Origin: Fidelibacterota bacterium
GTDB lineage: Bacteria > Fidelibacterota > UBA2242 > JAOZSR01
Direction: 5' to 3'
DNA: 64,000 bases
Assembly (NCBI GenBank): GCA_029939575.1
Contig: JAOZSR010000005.1
Span: 9,997-73,996 of the forward strand
Position 1 is the first letter of the stretch. Each line of letters opens with the position of its first letter. The position numbers were made by a program, and so were the translations under genes. The notes under the pieces were generated by a model. That model was not told the DNA's origin, did not search any database, and was given only the letters and a program-made list of their open reading frames with translations. Of this stretch, positions 20,267 through 28,744 are shown in pieces.

Positions 20267-21109
20267 ATGATTAAAAGAATTTATTTTTTAACACCAGAAA
20301 TCGTTCCTTTTGCAGAATCATCAGGATTGGCAGAGTATTCTAAAGAAGTACCTGTAGTTTTTATTGACAGGAAATTTGATTTTAGAGTTATGATGCCTAA
20401 ATATGAATTTATTAGTGAAAGGCGATACATTTTACGTGAAGTTATTAGATTGCGTGACATGGAACTTCTTTATAAAGACCAGGCTATAAAAGCCTCAGTA
20501 AAGTCAGCTTTTATCCCAAACACTAAAGTCCAGGTATATTTCCTTGAAAATGAAAGTTTATATGATACAATTGATTCTGATTTATATCCAGATAAAGTAA
20601 AGCCCGATGACATACTAAACTCTAACCGTTTTGCTTATTTTGCTTCCGGTGCGTTAACCACGCTAAATTATTTACGCTGGAAACCTGATGTTATAATTTG
20701 TAATGATTGGCAAATGAGTATGATACCTCTTTTTATAAAATCAGGTCTTTTGGACAAAACTTATTTTGAAGGTGTAAAAATTGTCCAGATTATTCATTCC
20801 AAAACAGAGTCGTCAAAATTTAATTTGTCAGAGTATGAGGATGTAGGACTTACGAATCTTGATAAGACTTATAGTGAAGACAATACATTAGATTGTATTG
20901 CTGCTTCAATTCCATGTAGCGATCATGTTATTTTTCTGGATAATGATGATGATATGAGTCTGTTGGAAAAATATAAAGAAAATGCTCAAATGGGAAAAGT
21001 TTTAGAAATGGAAAAAGGAAAAATTTCAACCTATAAGATAAATAATAATACACCAGAGGAATGGCAGAAATTTGCAGATGAGTTTATTAAAATTGTACAA
21101 AAACTATAG
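20267..21109 (+). CDS. Glycogen/starch synthase N-terminal domain-only protein (Glyco_transf_5)
   Basis: TPEIVPF, RVMMPKY, PDVIICNDWQ resemble the GlgA N-domain; 280 aa with no C-terminal domain. Confidence 0.75.
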   Translation: MIKRIYFLTPEIVPFAESSGLAEYSKEVPVVFIDRKFDFRVMMPKYEFISERRYILREVIRLRDMELLYKDQAIKASVKSAFIPNTKVQVYFLENESLYDTIDSDLYPDKVKPDDILNSNRFAYFASGALTTLNYLRWKPDVIICNDWQMSMIPLFIKSGLLDKTYFEGVKIVQIIHSKTESSKFNLSEYEDVGLTNLDKTYSEDNTLDCIAASIPCSDHVIFLDNDDDMSLLEKYKENAQMGKVLEMEKGKISTYKINNNTPEEWQKFADEFIKIVQKL

Positions 21110-22379
21110 ATATAAAATTAAAAATGGACAAATAGTCCTTAATTCAAAAATAGTATCAAAAACTAACATAATATTCATAATGGCATTAGTTTTGGTTTTT
21201 CTGACTGGCTGTGAAGAAAAAGTTCCAACTCTTCCTTCACAATCATTGTTTGACCCAGACTCCTCTTTTTTAACCTACAGGATTGATGATATTATTTCAG
21301 ATACCACTTTTACTGTTGATCCTAAAATTGGAACCAGTAAAATATTAATTCTTGGTGAAGACGATTGGTGCTCCTCATATAGTTTGTTGAAATTTTCATC
21401 AATGCCGGAGTTAGATGGCAGTATTGATGTAATAAAGGAATTTAAACTTAATCTTTTTGCTGCTGATACTTTAGAAGATATTAGCGGTAAACTTGCCCTT
21501 TATTTAATTGACATGGCTAATGAAGGTGAGTGGAATGAAGATTCCTCAAATATTAATAACTTCAATCTGGATGAGTTAATTTATACACAACAAGATGGTG
21601 AGCTATTTCAAGATACTTTATCGCAATATGGGTTTAACCTGGATTTTGATATTTATCCTGATGATACACTAAATTCTTCACTGGAATTTGCATTAAAAGG
21701 AAAATCAGCCGAAATATTTAATATTACATCAGGGGAAAGTAGCCTGTATCCACGAATTAAATTAGTATATGCACATACTGATACTAATTATTATACTGTT
21801 TCCGGTACTGATACTACATTTAAAGATACTACCTATGATGTGACCAGCACTATAATAGTAAGCAGTGATATTTCCATCATTGATTTTAAACAGTTACCAG
21901 AACAAAATGAGCGGTTATATCTTTGTAATGGTGCAAGGAAGCATACATTTATTAAATTTGATTTATCTGAGGATATTCCTGATACAAATACTCTTATTGT
22001 AAAAATTAAATTGCATTTGTCAATTGATAATGATAATAGTTACAATAATTATGAAACAAATACAGATATCAAAGTAAACTGGGCTAATCCGGATACTCTT
22101 TCATGGCAGGATTCATTATATCTTCCTACAGTGAATAATTATTATGGCGCTTATAGTCCTGTATCAATTTTATCAGATACTGCAGTAGTTATTGACATTT
22201 TAAATAATATTAATGGAAACACACCAGGACCAACAGGAATAAAGGACTATGAAATTTTTCTTAGCCCTTCAGATATGAATGAATTGGACTTATTAAGCCT
22301 GTATAGTAGTTCGTGTCTTGATGAAACAAAACGCCCCTGGCTTGAAATATTGACCTTAAAGGAACAGATAAAAGAATGA
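21072..22379 (+). CDS. Acidic lipoprotein (DUF4270-like); true start uncertain, probably downstream of 21072
   Basis: Lipobox LVFLTGC, D/T/S-rich beta-type sequence; follows truncated glgA as in Bacteroidota. Confidence 0.55.
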   Translation: MQMSLLKLYKNYRYKIKNGQIVLNSKIVSKTNIIFIMALVLVFLTGCEEKVPTLPSQSLFDPDSSFLTYRIDDIISDTTFTVDPKIGTSKILILGEDDWCSSYSLLKFSSMPELDGSIDVIKEFKLNLFAADTLEDISGKLALYLIDMANEGEWNEDSSNINNFNLDELIYTQQDGELFQDTLSQYGFNLDFDIYPDDTLNSSLEFALKGKSAEIFNITSGESSLYPRIKLVYAHTDTNYYTVSGTDTTFKDTTYDVTSTIIVSSDISIIDFKQLPEQNERLYLCNGARKHTFIKFDLSEDIPDTNTLIVKIKLHLSIDNDNSYNNYETNTDIKVNWANPDTLSWQDSLYLPTVNNYYGAYSPVSILSDTAVVIDILNNINGNTPGPTGIKDYEIFLSPSDMNELDLLSLYSSSCLDETKRPWLEILTLKEQIKE

Positions 22380-23575
22380 GATATTTTTTAGCATATTTAA
22401 CATTTTCAATGACAATTTTATTAGGACAAACATCTAATTATTCTGCCTATGGTTTTGGAATGGAATGTAACACCCAATCTGTTAGGTCTATGGGTATTGG
22501 ATATACGGGAAGTGCTGTCAAAGATTCAGTAGCTTTAAATTCGTTAAATCCTGCTCTTTGGACCGGATTTTTTACTACATCCTTAAGTGGTCAGATAAAT
22601 TCAGATTATTTGATGTCTTCCGGTGATTACACCGATAGTTATCTGACAAAATTAAATGGATTTACTACTAAATTTCCGGTGGGAGAATATCTTGGTGTTG
22701 CTATTGGTATTGTTCCCAGAACGCGAATAAATAGTGTTGGGTCTACCTTGGATTCGGTTGCTTTTTATGATAATTTTGTAAATTATGAATCAATTATGCA
22801 AATCAAAGGTGGTATTTCTGAAATCTTTTTTGGAGCAGGATACCAGATAAGTCCTCAAATTAGTGTTGGACTGAAAAACAGATTGTTCTTTGGTGAATTT
22901 GTTACAAAAATTAATTCTGATTTTGATCTAACCGGGAATCTTGATAGTCAATTTCAAAGAAGAACAAAGGTCAAAGCTTCTCAATTGGGGATTGGAGTGG
23001 CCTGGCATAATATTAACAAATCCATGGGGGCTGCTGCTTATTTTAACAAAAATCTTGTTTTTAAATATAAACATGTAGAATTTTTTGAAGCCGGACCTGA
23101 ATATACTTATGATGAAAAAACAGCGGAATATCCTGATTTTATAAGGTTAGGACTCTATAAATCAACTCCATCAAAAATTAATTTTACAGTTGATTTTGAA
23201 TACTCTTTTATTTCCTCAGATGTTTTTAATGATTTTTATTTTATTAAGCCCATAGATGCTAAAAATTTCAGTTATTTTGGAATGGGAGTAGAGAAGAATT
23301 CAATTAATAACACTAAACGATTTTTGAATAAATTATCTTATCGCGCTGGTTTATATTATAAAAGTTATCCAATCAGTAATCCGGATAATTTGAAAGAAAC
23401 AGGTGTTAGTATTGGATTGGGAATTCCATTTTATCAGAATTTAAATAGAATTGATATTTCATTATCCATGGCTAACAGAAACGGATTTATAGAAAATTAT
23501 GAAGAAAAAGTAATTTCACTAAATATCGGAGTTACTACTGGTGGATTGTGGTTTAGGAGTTTTAGAAGGTATTAA
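22376..23575 (+). CDS. Outer-membrane beta-barrel protein (FadL/PorV-like superfamily)
   Basis: Signal peptide, RSMGIGYTG, LNPA, alternating beta-strand pattern, C-terminal LWFRSFRRY. Confidence 0.65.
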   Translation: MRYFLAYLTFSMTILLGQTSNYSAYGFGMECNTQSVRSMGIGYTGSAVKDSVALNSLNPALWTGFFTTSLSGQINSDYLMSSGDYTDSYLTKLNGFTTKFPVGEYLGVAIGIVPRTRINSVGSTLDSVAFYDNFVNYESIMQIKGGISEIFFGAGYQISPQISVGLKNRLFFGEFVTKINSDFDLTGNLDSQFQRRTKVKASQLGIGVAWHNINKSMGAAAYFNKNLVFKYKHVEFFEAGPEYTYDEKTAEYPDFIRLGLYKSTPSKINFTVDFEYSFISSDVFNDFYFIKPIDAKNFSYFGMGVEKNSINNTKRFLNKLSYRAGLYYKSYPISNPDNLKETGVSIGLGIPFYQNLNRIDISLSMANRNGFIENYEEKVISLNIGVTTGGLWFRSFRRY

Positions 23576-23592
23576 AAATTAGGGGGATTGAT

Positions 23593-24873
23593 ATGAAAAG
23601 AATGAATTTTAAAACCGGGTTGCTAATTATTTTGTTATTAATTAGTTTTTTGTTAATGAATTGTGTTCCACCTCCGGTAGAATCAGAAGAAAGTACAAAA
23701 GCGGCTGAAAAAGAAGTTTCAAATGTAGATAAAAGTAAATGTGATCGATATCTAAGTTTTGCATACAGTTATTATCAAAACTCAGATTGGGCAGGAACAA
23801 TAAAAAATTATAAACGCATGTTCGACTATAACTGTCTTGAAGATTATGCTGCGGATATTTTTCCATATATGGGAAGAGCCTATTTACAAATGGCAAAAGA
23901 AAATTCTGTATACCTGGATAGTGCGCTGTATATTTATCAACACGGTACAGAATATCTGCCGGAGAGAGAATCTTTACACGAAAGTATAGCATACATTTAT
24001 CGGAGACAGGGTAAAACTGATCTAGAGATTAGAGAATATGAAATAATGGCAGAAAGAAACCCATCTAATATTGAATTTTATAAAACTCTAATCAAACTCT
24101 ATTTCAAAGTTGATCGTTTTGACGATGTACTTTGGGCTATTGAAAAGATATTAGAAATTGATCCAGAAAATCAAGAAGTTATTAATGATAGATTAACAGT
24201 TTATCAAAAGCAGGGAAAAGATGTTATTGTAGTCCAACAAGAAGCCTGGGAAAACGATCCATCAACTCGTACAGGTCTTGATTATGCTAATGCTCTAACA
24301 GATAAGATGGAATATGCACTTGCTATTGCTGTTTTAGAAAAAGTTACTTTGGCGGACAGAAATAATATGGAAGCCTGGAATAAATTGGCAGATTTATATA
24401 AAACCACTGGAGATATTGATAAATCAATTACTACAAATATTCATATAATTAAGGCAATAGCACCTAAAAATATTGATATTTTTAAAAATATTATAGTTGG
24501 CTATAGTGATATGGCAAATTTTGAAGAAGCTTTTAAATGGGCAAGCAAAGCTGTCGAAACAATAGGTTCACCACAATCATATAAACTGAGAGGTGATATT
24601 TACTACGCAACTGCAGATTTTAATGCCAGTAGTGGGAAATTAACTTTTGAAGATAAATTAGTTTATAAATTAGCTTATGATGATTACCGTAAAGCTCTAA
24701 GTGGCGGTGAATCAAGTGTCCAGACTCGCATTGACTATTTAAAGGAGTACTTAATTCCTACAAGTGAAAATTGGTTTATGAACAGGTATAATGCTGATGG
24801 TAGTAAACGTGCAAATTTTCGTCCAAGAGGAGATGCTTATAATTGGATTACAGAAAGCGCGAAGAAAAACTAA
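23593..24873 (+). CDS. TPR-repeat lipoprotein
   Basis: Lipobox FLLMNC, repeated helical TPR-like segments. Confidence 0.7.
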   Translation: MKRMNFKTGLLIILLLISFLLMNCVPPPVESEESTKAAEKEVSNVDKSKCDRYLSFAYSYYQNSDWAGTIKNYKRMFDYNCLEDYAADIFPYMGRAYLQMAKENSVYLDSALYIYQHGTEYLPERESLHESIAYIYRRQGKTDLEIREYEIMAERNPSNIEFYKTLIKLYFKVDRFDDVLWAIEKILEIDPENQEVINDRLTVYQKQGKDVIVVQQEAWENDPSTRTGLDYANALTDKMEYALAIAVLEKVTLADRNNMEAWNKLADLYKTTGDIDKSITTNIHIIKAIAPKNIDIFKNIIVGYSDMANFEEAFKWASKAVETIGSPQSYKLRGDIYYATADFNASSGKLTFEDKLVYKLAYDDYRKALSGGESSVQTRIDYLKEYLIPTSENWFMNRYNADGSKRANFRPRGDAYNWITESAKKN

Positions 24874-25310
24874 TAAAAATTGGATTCGGTTCTGATCATG
24901 GTGGTGTGAAACTAAAGAGCGAATTAATTAGATTTGCATCTGAATCCGGATTTCAAACTGAAGATTATGGTACATATACAACAGATTCGGTAGATTATCC
25001 CGATTTTGCTGAAAAAGTATGCGTAAGCCTAATTAATAAAGAGATAGATTTCGGGCTATTAATTTGTCGTACCGGGATTGGTATGAGTATGGCTGCCAAT
25101 AAATATAAAGGAGTCCGTGCTGCATTATGTTATAATCTTGAAGTTACAAAACTTACAAGACAACATAATGACGCTAATGTTATTTGCTTACCAGCGGATT
25201 TTATACAAATTGATATGGCTAAAGAAATGCTCAAAAGTTTTGTAGAATCAAAATTTGAAGCTGGGCGGCATCAAAAGAGAGTAAAAAAAATTCATAAACC
25301 GGAGGTATAA
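24873..25310 (+). CDS. rpiB: Ribose-5-phosphate isomerase B (start ambiguous: ATA 24873 or TTG 24843)
   Basis: GSDHGG, VDYPDFA, ICRTGIGMSMAANK, RQHNDANV, FEAGRHQKRV. Confidence 0.92.
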   Translation: MKIGFGSDHGGVKLKSELIRFASESGFQTEDYGTYTTDSVDYPDFAEKVCVSLINKEIDFGLLICRTGIGMSMAANKYKGVRAALCYNLEVTKLTRQHNDANVICLPADFIQIDMAKEMLKSFVESKFEAGRHQKRVKKIHKPEV

Positions 25311-26609
25311 GTGGATTTTAAAATTTTAGAGCAACAAGATCACGAAGTCATGGCTTCGATTAAGGCAGAATTAAAAAGAGAAAGAGGAACATTAGAATTA
25401 ATAGCATCTGAAAATTTTGTCAGTTCAGCTGTTCTTGAAGCAGCTGGCTCGATCATGACAAATAAATATGCTGAAGGTTATCCGGGGAAAAGATATTATG
25501 GCGGATGTGATGCTGTAGATACGGCAGAAAATTTAGCCAGAGATCGTGTTAAAGAGCTTTTTAACGCCGAATATGCAAATGTACAACCTCATTCCGGTTC
25601 CCAGGCTAATATGGCAGTTTATTTCTCCCTTCTAAAACCGGGAGACACTGTACTGGGAATGGACCTTGCTCATGGTGGTCATTTAACTCATGGAAGCCCG
25701 GTCAATTTTTCAGGGAAATTATTTAATATTGTTTCCTATGGAGTTAGATCTGACACTGGTAGAATAGATTATGACCAGTTAGCCAGGCAGGCAAAAGAAC
25801 ATAAACCAAAAATGATTATTGCCGGTGCCAGTGCGTATCCAAGATTTATTGATTTTGCAAAATTTCGTGAAATAGCAGATAGTGTAGGTGCTTTTTTAGT
25901 AACAGATATGGCTCATCCTGCAGGATTAATTGCTACAGGAATTCACCCATCGCCATTACCTCATTGTCATGTTGTTACTTCAACAACCCACAAAACTCTT
26001 CGCGGACCAAGAGGCGGATTAATATTAATGGGAAAAGATTTTGAAAACCCATTTGGTATTGTTGCCCCAAAATCTGGTCGCACAAAGATGATGTCAGAAA
26101 TAATAGATTCAAATGTTATGCCCGGAATACAGGGTGGCCCATTGATGCACGTTATTGCTGCCAAAGCGGTTGCTTTTAAAGAAGCGCTGCAGCCATCATT
26201 TAAAAAATATACTCAGCAAATTGTCAAAAACGCTAAGGAATTAGCAGAACAGCTGATGAAAAAGGATTTTAATTTAATATCCGGTGGTACAGATAATCAT
26301 CTTATCTTAATTGATTTAACTAATAAAAATATTTCGGGCAAAAAAGCTGAAAATGCTTTGGAAGAATCTGGAATAACAACCAATAAAAACATGGTTCCTT
26401 TTGATAAAAGAAGTCCATTTATCACAAGTGGAATAAGAATGGGTACAGCAGCAATGACAACACGCGGAATGAAAGAACCTGAGATGATAGTTATTGCGGA
26501 ATTAATTGACAGAGTAATTAGTAATTATAAAGATACAACAGAAAAAGAAAAAGTATATATGGAAGTCAAAAATCTTTGTGACCAATTTCCATTATATGCT
26601 GATCATTAG
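25311..26609 (+). CDS. glyA: Serine hydroxymethyltransferase
   Basis: [40 protein letters not shown]. Confidence 0.97.
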   Translation: MDFKILEQQDHEVMASIKAELKRERGTLELIASENFVSSAVLEAAGSIMTNKYAEGYPGKRYYGGCDAVDTAENLARDRVKELFNAEYANVQPHSGSQANMAVYFSLLKPGDTVLGMDLAHGGHLTHGSPVNFSGKLFNIVSYGVRSDTGRIDYDQLARQAKEHKPKMIIAGASAYPRFIDFAKFREIADSVGAFLVTDMAHPAGLIATGIHPSPLPHCHVVTSTTHKTLRGPRGGLILMGKDFENPFGIVAPKSGRTKMMSEIIDSNVMPGIQGGPLMHVIAAKAVAFKEALQPSFKKYTQQIVKNAKELAEQLMKKDFNLISGGTDNHLILIDLTNKNISGKKAENALEESGITTNKNMVPFDKRSPFITSGIRMGTAAMTTRGMKEPEMIVIAELIDRVISNYKDTTEKEKVYMEVKNLCDQFPLYADH

Positions 26610-26623
26610 AAAACGGGTGATTT

Positions 26624-27073
26624 ATGAAGTGTCCTTTTTGTAGTTCAACTGAAACAAAAGTTGTCGATTCCAGAACAGCACAAAAAAGCAATGCAATCAG
26701 AAGGCGTAGAGAATGTTTAGATTGCAGACAGAGATTTACAACCTATGAATACATTGTTGAGCACCCTCTTGTTATTATCAAAAATGATGGACGGCGTGAA
26801 GAATATAGTCGGGAGAAATTATATAATAGTGTAAAAATTGCCTGTAATAAACGTCCAATTCCGGTTGATAAAATTGATTCTATTGTAATGGATGTGGAAA
26901 AAGAGCTGGAAGAGGTGAGCGGAGCAGAAGTTATATCTCATTTCGTTGGGGAATTAGTTATTAAACATTTAAAGGATGTTGATGAAATAGCCTATATTCG
27001 ATTTGCTTCAGTTTATAAAAAATTTAAAGATCTTGACGAGTTTATGAGTCAGATTGAAAACATATCCGAATAA
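26624..27073 (+). CDS. nrdR: Transcriptional repressor NrdR
   Basis: MKCPFC, VVDSR, RRRRECLDCRQRFTTYE, ATP-cone, AYIRFASVY. Confidence 0.96.
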   Translation: MKCPFCSSTETKVVDSRTAQKSNAIRRRRECLDCRQRFTTYEYIVEHPLVIIKNDGRREEYSREKLYNSVKIACNKRPIPVDKIDSIVMDVEKELEEVSGAEVISHFVGELVIKHLKDVDEIAYIRFASVYKKFKDLDEFMSQIENISE

Positions 27074-27166
27074 AAATTTAATTGTTGTTTGGAACAAATA
27101 TTTTCAATCACTGTAAAAAGAATGTCCATCATGTGGATTTATTGAAGTTGTGAAAAGAAAAAATCT

Positions 27167-27331
27167 ATGTTATCTGAAAAAATATTAGATATTTTAGTTT
27201 GTCCAAAATGTAAATGTAAACCTGAATACGAAACAAAAAAAGATTTGCTTATTTGCAAAAGATGTCAGTTAAAATTTTTAATAAAGGATAATATTCCAAT
27301 TATGCTAATTGAAGAGGCAGAAAAATATTAA
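27167..27331 (+). CDS. Trm112 family protein (54 aa, absent from the ORF track)
   Basis: Manual translation MLSEKILDILVCPKCKCKPEYETKKDLLICKRCQLKFLIKDNIPIMLIEEAEKY. Confidence 0.88.
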   Translation: MLSEKILDILVCPKCKCKPEYETKKDLLICKRCQLKFLIKDNIPIMLIEEAEKY

Positions 27332-27463
27332 GGTTTTTATTGGAAAATGAGTTTAATCAAATTAAGTTATGCGGTCTTATTGGAGAGATAATAAATAGAA
27401 AATTGTTAACCATCTGAAAATTAAAATAAAATTTTATAAAGATTTAAAACTATTATTCTACAT

Positions 27464-27500
27464 AAAGCCGAATGCCTTTTTGTTATTCGGTTTTTACTTT
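27464..27500 (+). terminator. Terminator-like hairpin directly upstream of the porV ribosome-binding site
   Basis: AAAGCCGAAT-(11 nt)-ATTCGGTTTT, then TACTTT, then AGGAGG at 27501-27506. Confidence 0.45.
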
Positions 27501-27511
27501 AGGAGGAAGAA

Positions 27512-28738
27512 ATGAAAAAAATATTTTTATTTATCGTTATATTAATAAGCACGAATTGTGCTTTATTCGCACAAAGTGAAGCTGGTGCGATTTGGCTATT
27601 GATAAATCCCGGTGCCAGGTCTTGCGGAATGGGTGAAACAGGTGCTGCTATTGCGAATGATACTTATGCTACATATTTTAATGCTGCGGGATTAGGCTTT
27701 CTAAAAGGTCATGAAATATCAGCCATGCATACAAACTGGTTGCCAAATCTGGCAAGTGATATGTATTATGATTTTATTGGTGGTAGAATGTATATCGAAA
27801 ATGTGGGTACTGTAGGAGCTAATATTACCATGATGAATCTTGGTACACAAACTGCTACAGATGAACAGGGCAATGTTTTAGGAGAATTTGATTCATATAT
27901 GTTAGCTGCCACTGCATCTTATGGCTCTAGATTATCAAGAACTACTTCTTTTGGTATAAATATTAAAATGATCCATCAGCACCTGACAGATTTCCTTGCC
28001 GGAGCAGAAAAAGGGAAAGGTGCTTCAACTAATTTTGCTTTTGATGTTGGCTATATGAAAAAAGAATTTTTATTGAAAAATCTCATATTGGGAGCTTCAA
28101 TCTCTAATATTGGACCAAAAATTTCGTTTATTGATGTTGCTCAGGCTGACCCAATGCCTACTAATTTAAAATTGGGATTTAATTTTCGGGCTATTGACCA
28201 GGAATATAATAAATTATCGATCACCTATGATATGAACAAACTGTTAGTTGCTTCATATCCAGACCGGGATATTGATGGCGATGGAGAAGTCGGGCAATAT
28301 AATGAAGACGGATTGCCTTTTCCGGGTGGGGAATATAATAAAGATGGAAAAAGAGAGCATGCTCATTCAGAAGAATGGTATACTGGTATTTTTACTTCAT
28401 GGATTGATGATTGGTTTTTATTAAAAGATTCTGCAGCAGACGGAATTGGTGATAAAGATAAAGATGGTGATACAAACGACGGTTCTCTGTCAAAAGAGAT
28501 AGAAAAACTTACTCATAATTTTGGTGTTGAATATTGGTACTCCAACCTGTTTGCAATTCGCTGTGGTTTTATCTATGATAAACCCGGGAAAATTTTGATG
28601 AAAGATAAATATCCTGTTCCGACTTTTGGAGCCGGATTGCGTTATGCCGGAATGGGTTTTGATTTTGGATATACTTATGGAGATCAGGGACATCCAAGAG
28701 CAAATACAATGCATTTTTCTATTAATATGAAATTTTAG
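27512..28738 (+). CDS. porV: PorV/PorQ family outer-membrane barrel (T9SS shuttle-like)
   Basis: INPGARSCGMGE, NAAGL, HTNWLPNLASDMYY, PTNLKLG, GVEYWY, C-terminal FSINMKF. Confidence 0.82.
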   Translation: MKKIFLFIVILISTNCALFAQSEAGAIWLLINPGARSCGMGETGAAIANDTYATYFNAAGLGFLKGHEISAMHTNWLPNLASDMYYDFIGGRMYIENVGTVGANITMMNLGTQTATDEQGNVLGEFDSYMLAATASYGSRLSRTTSFGINIKMIHQHLTDFLAGAEKGKGASTNFAFDVGYMKKEFLLKNLILGASISNIGPKISFIDVAQADPMPTNLKLGFNFRAIDQEYNKLSITYDMNKLLVASYPDRDIDGDGEVGQYNEDGLPFPGGEYNKDGKREHAHSEEWYTGIFTSWIDDWFLLKDSAADGIGDKDKDGDTNDGSLSKEIEKLTHNFGVEYWYSNLFAIRCGFIYDKPGKILMKDKYPVPTFGAGLRYAGMGFDFGYTYGDQGHPRANTMHFSINMKF

Positions 28739-28744
28739 GAAATA

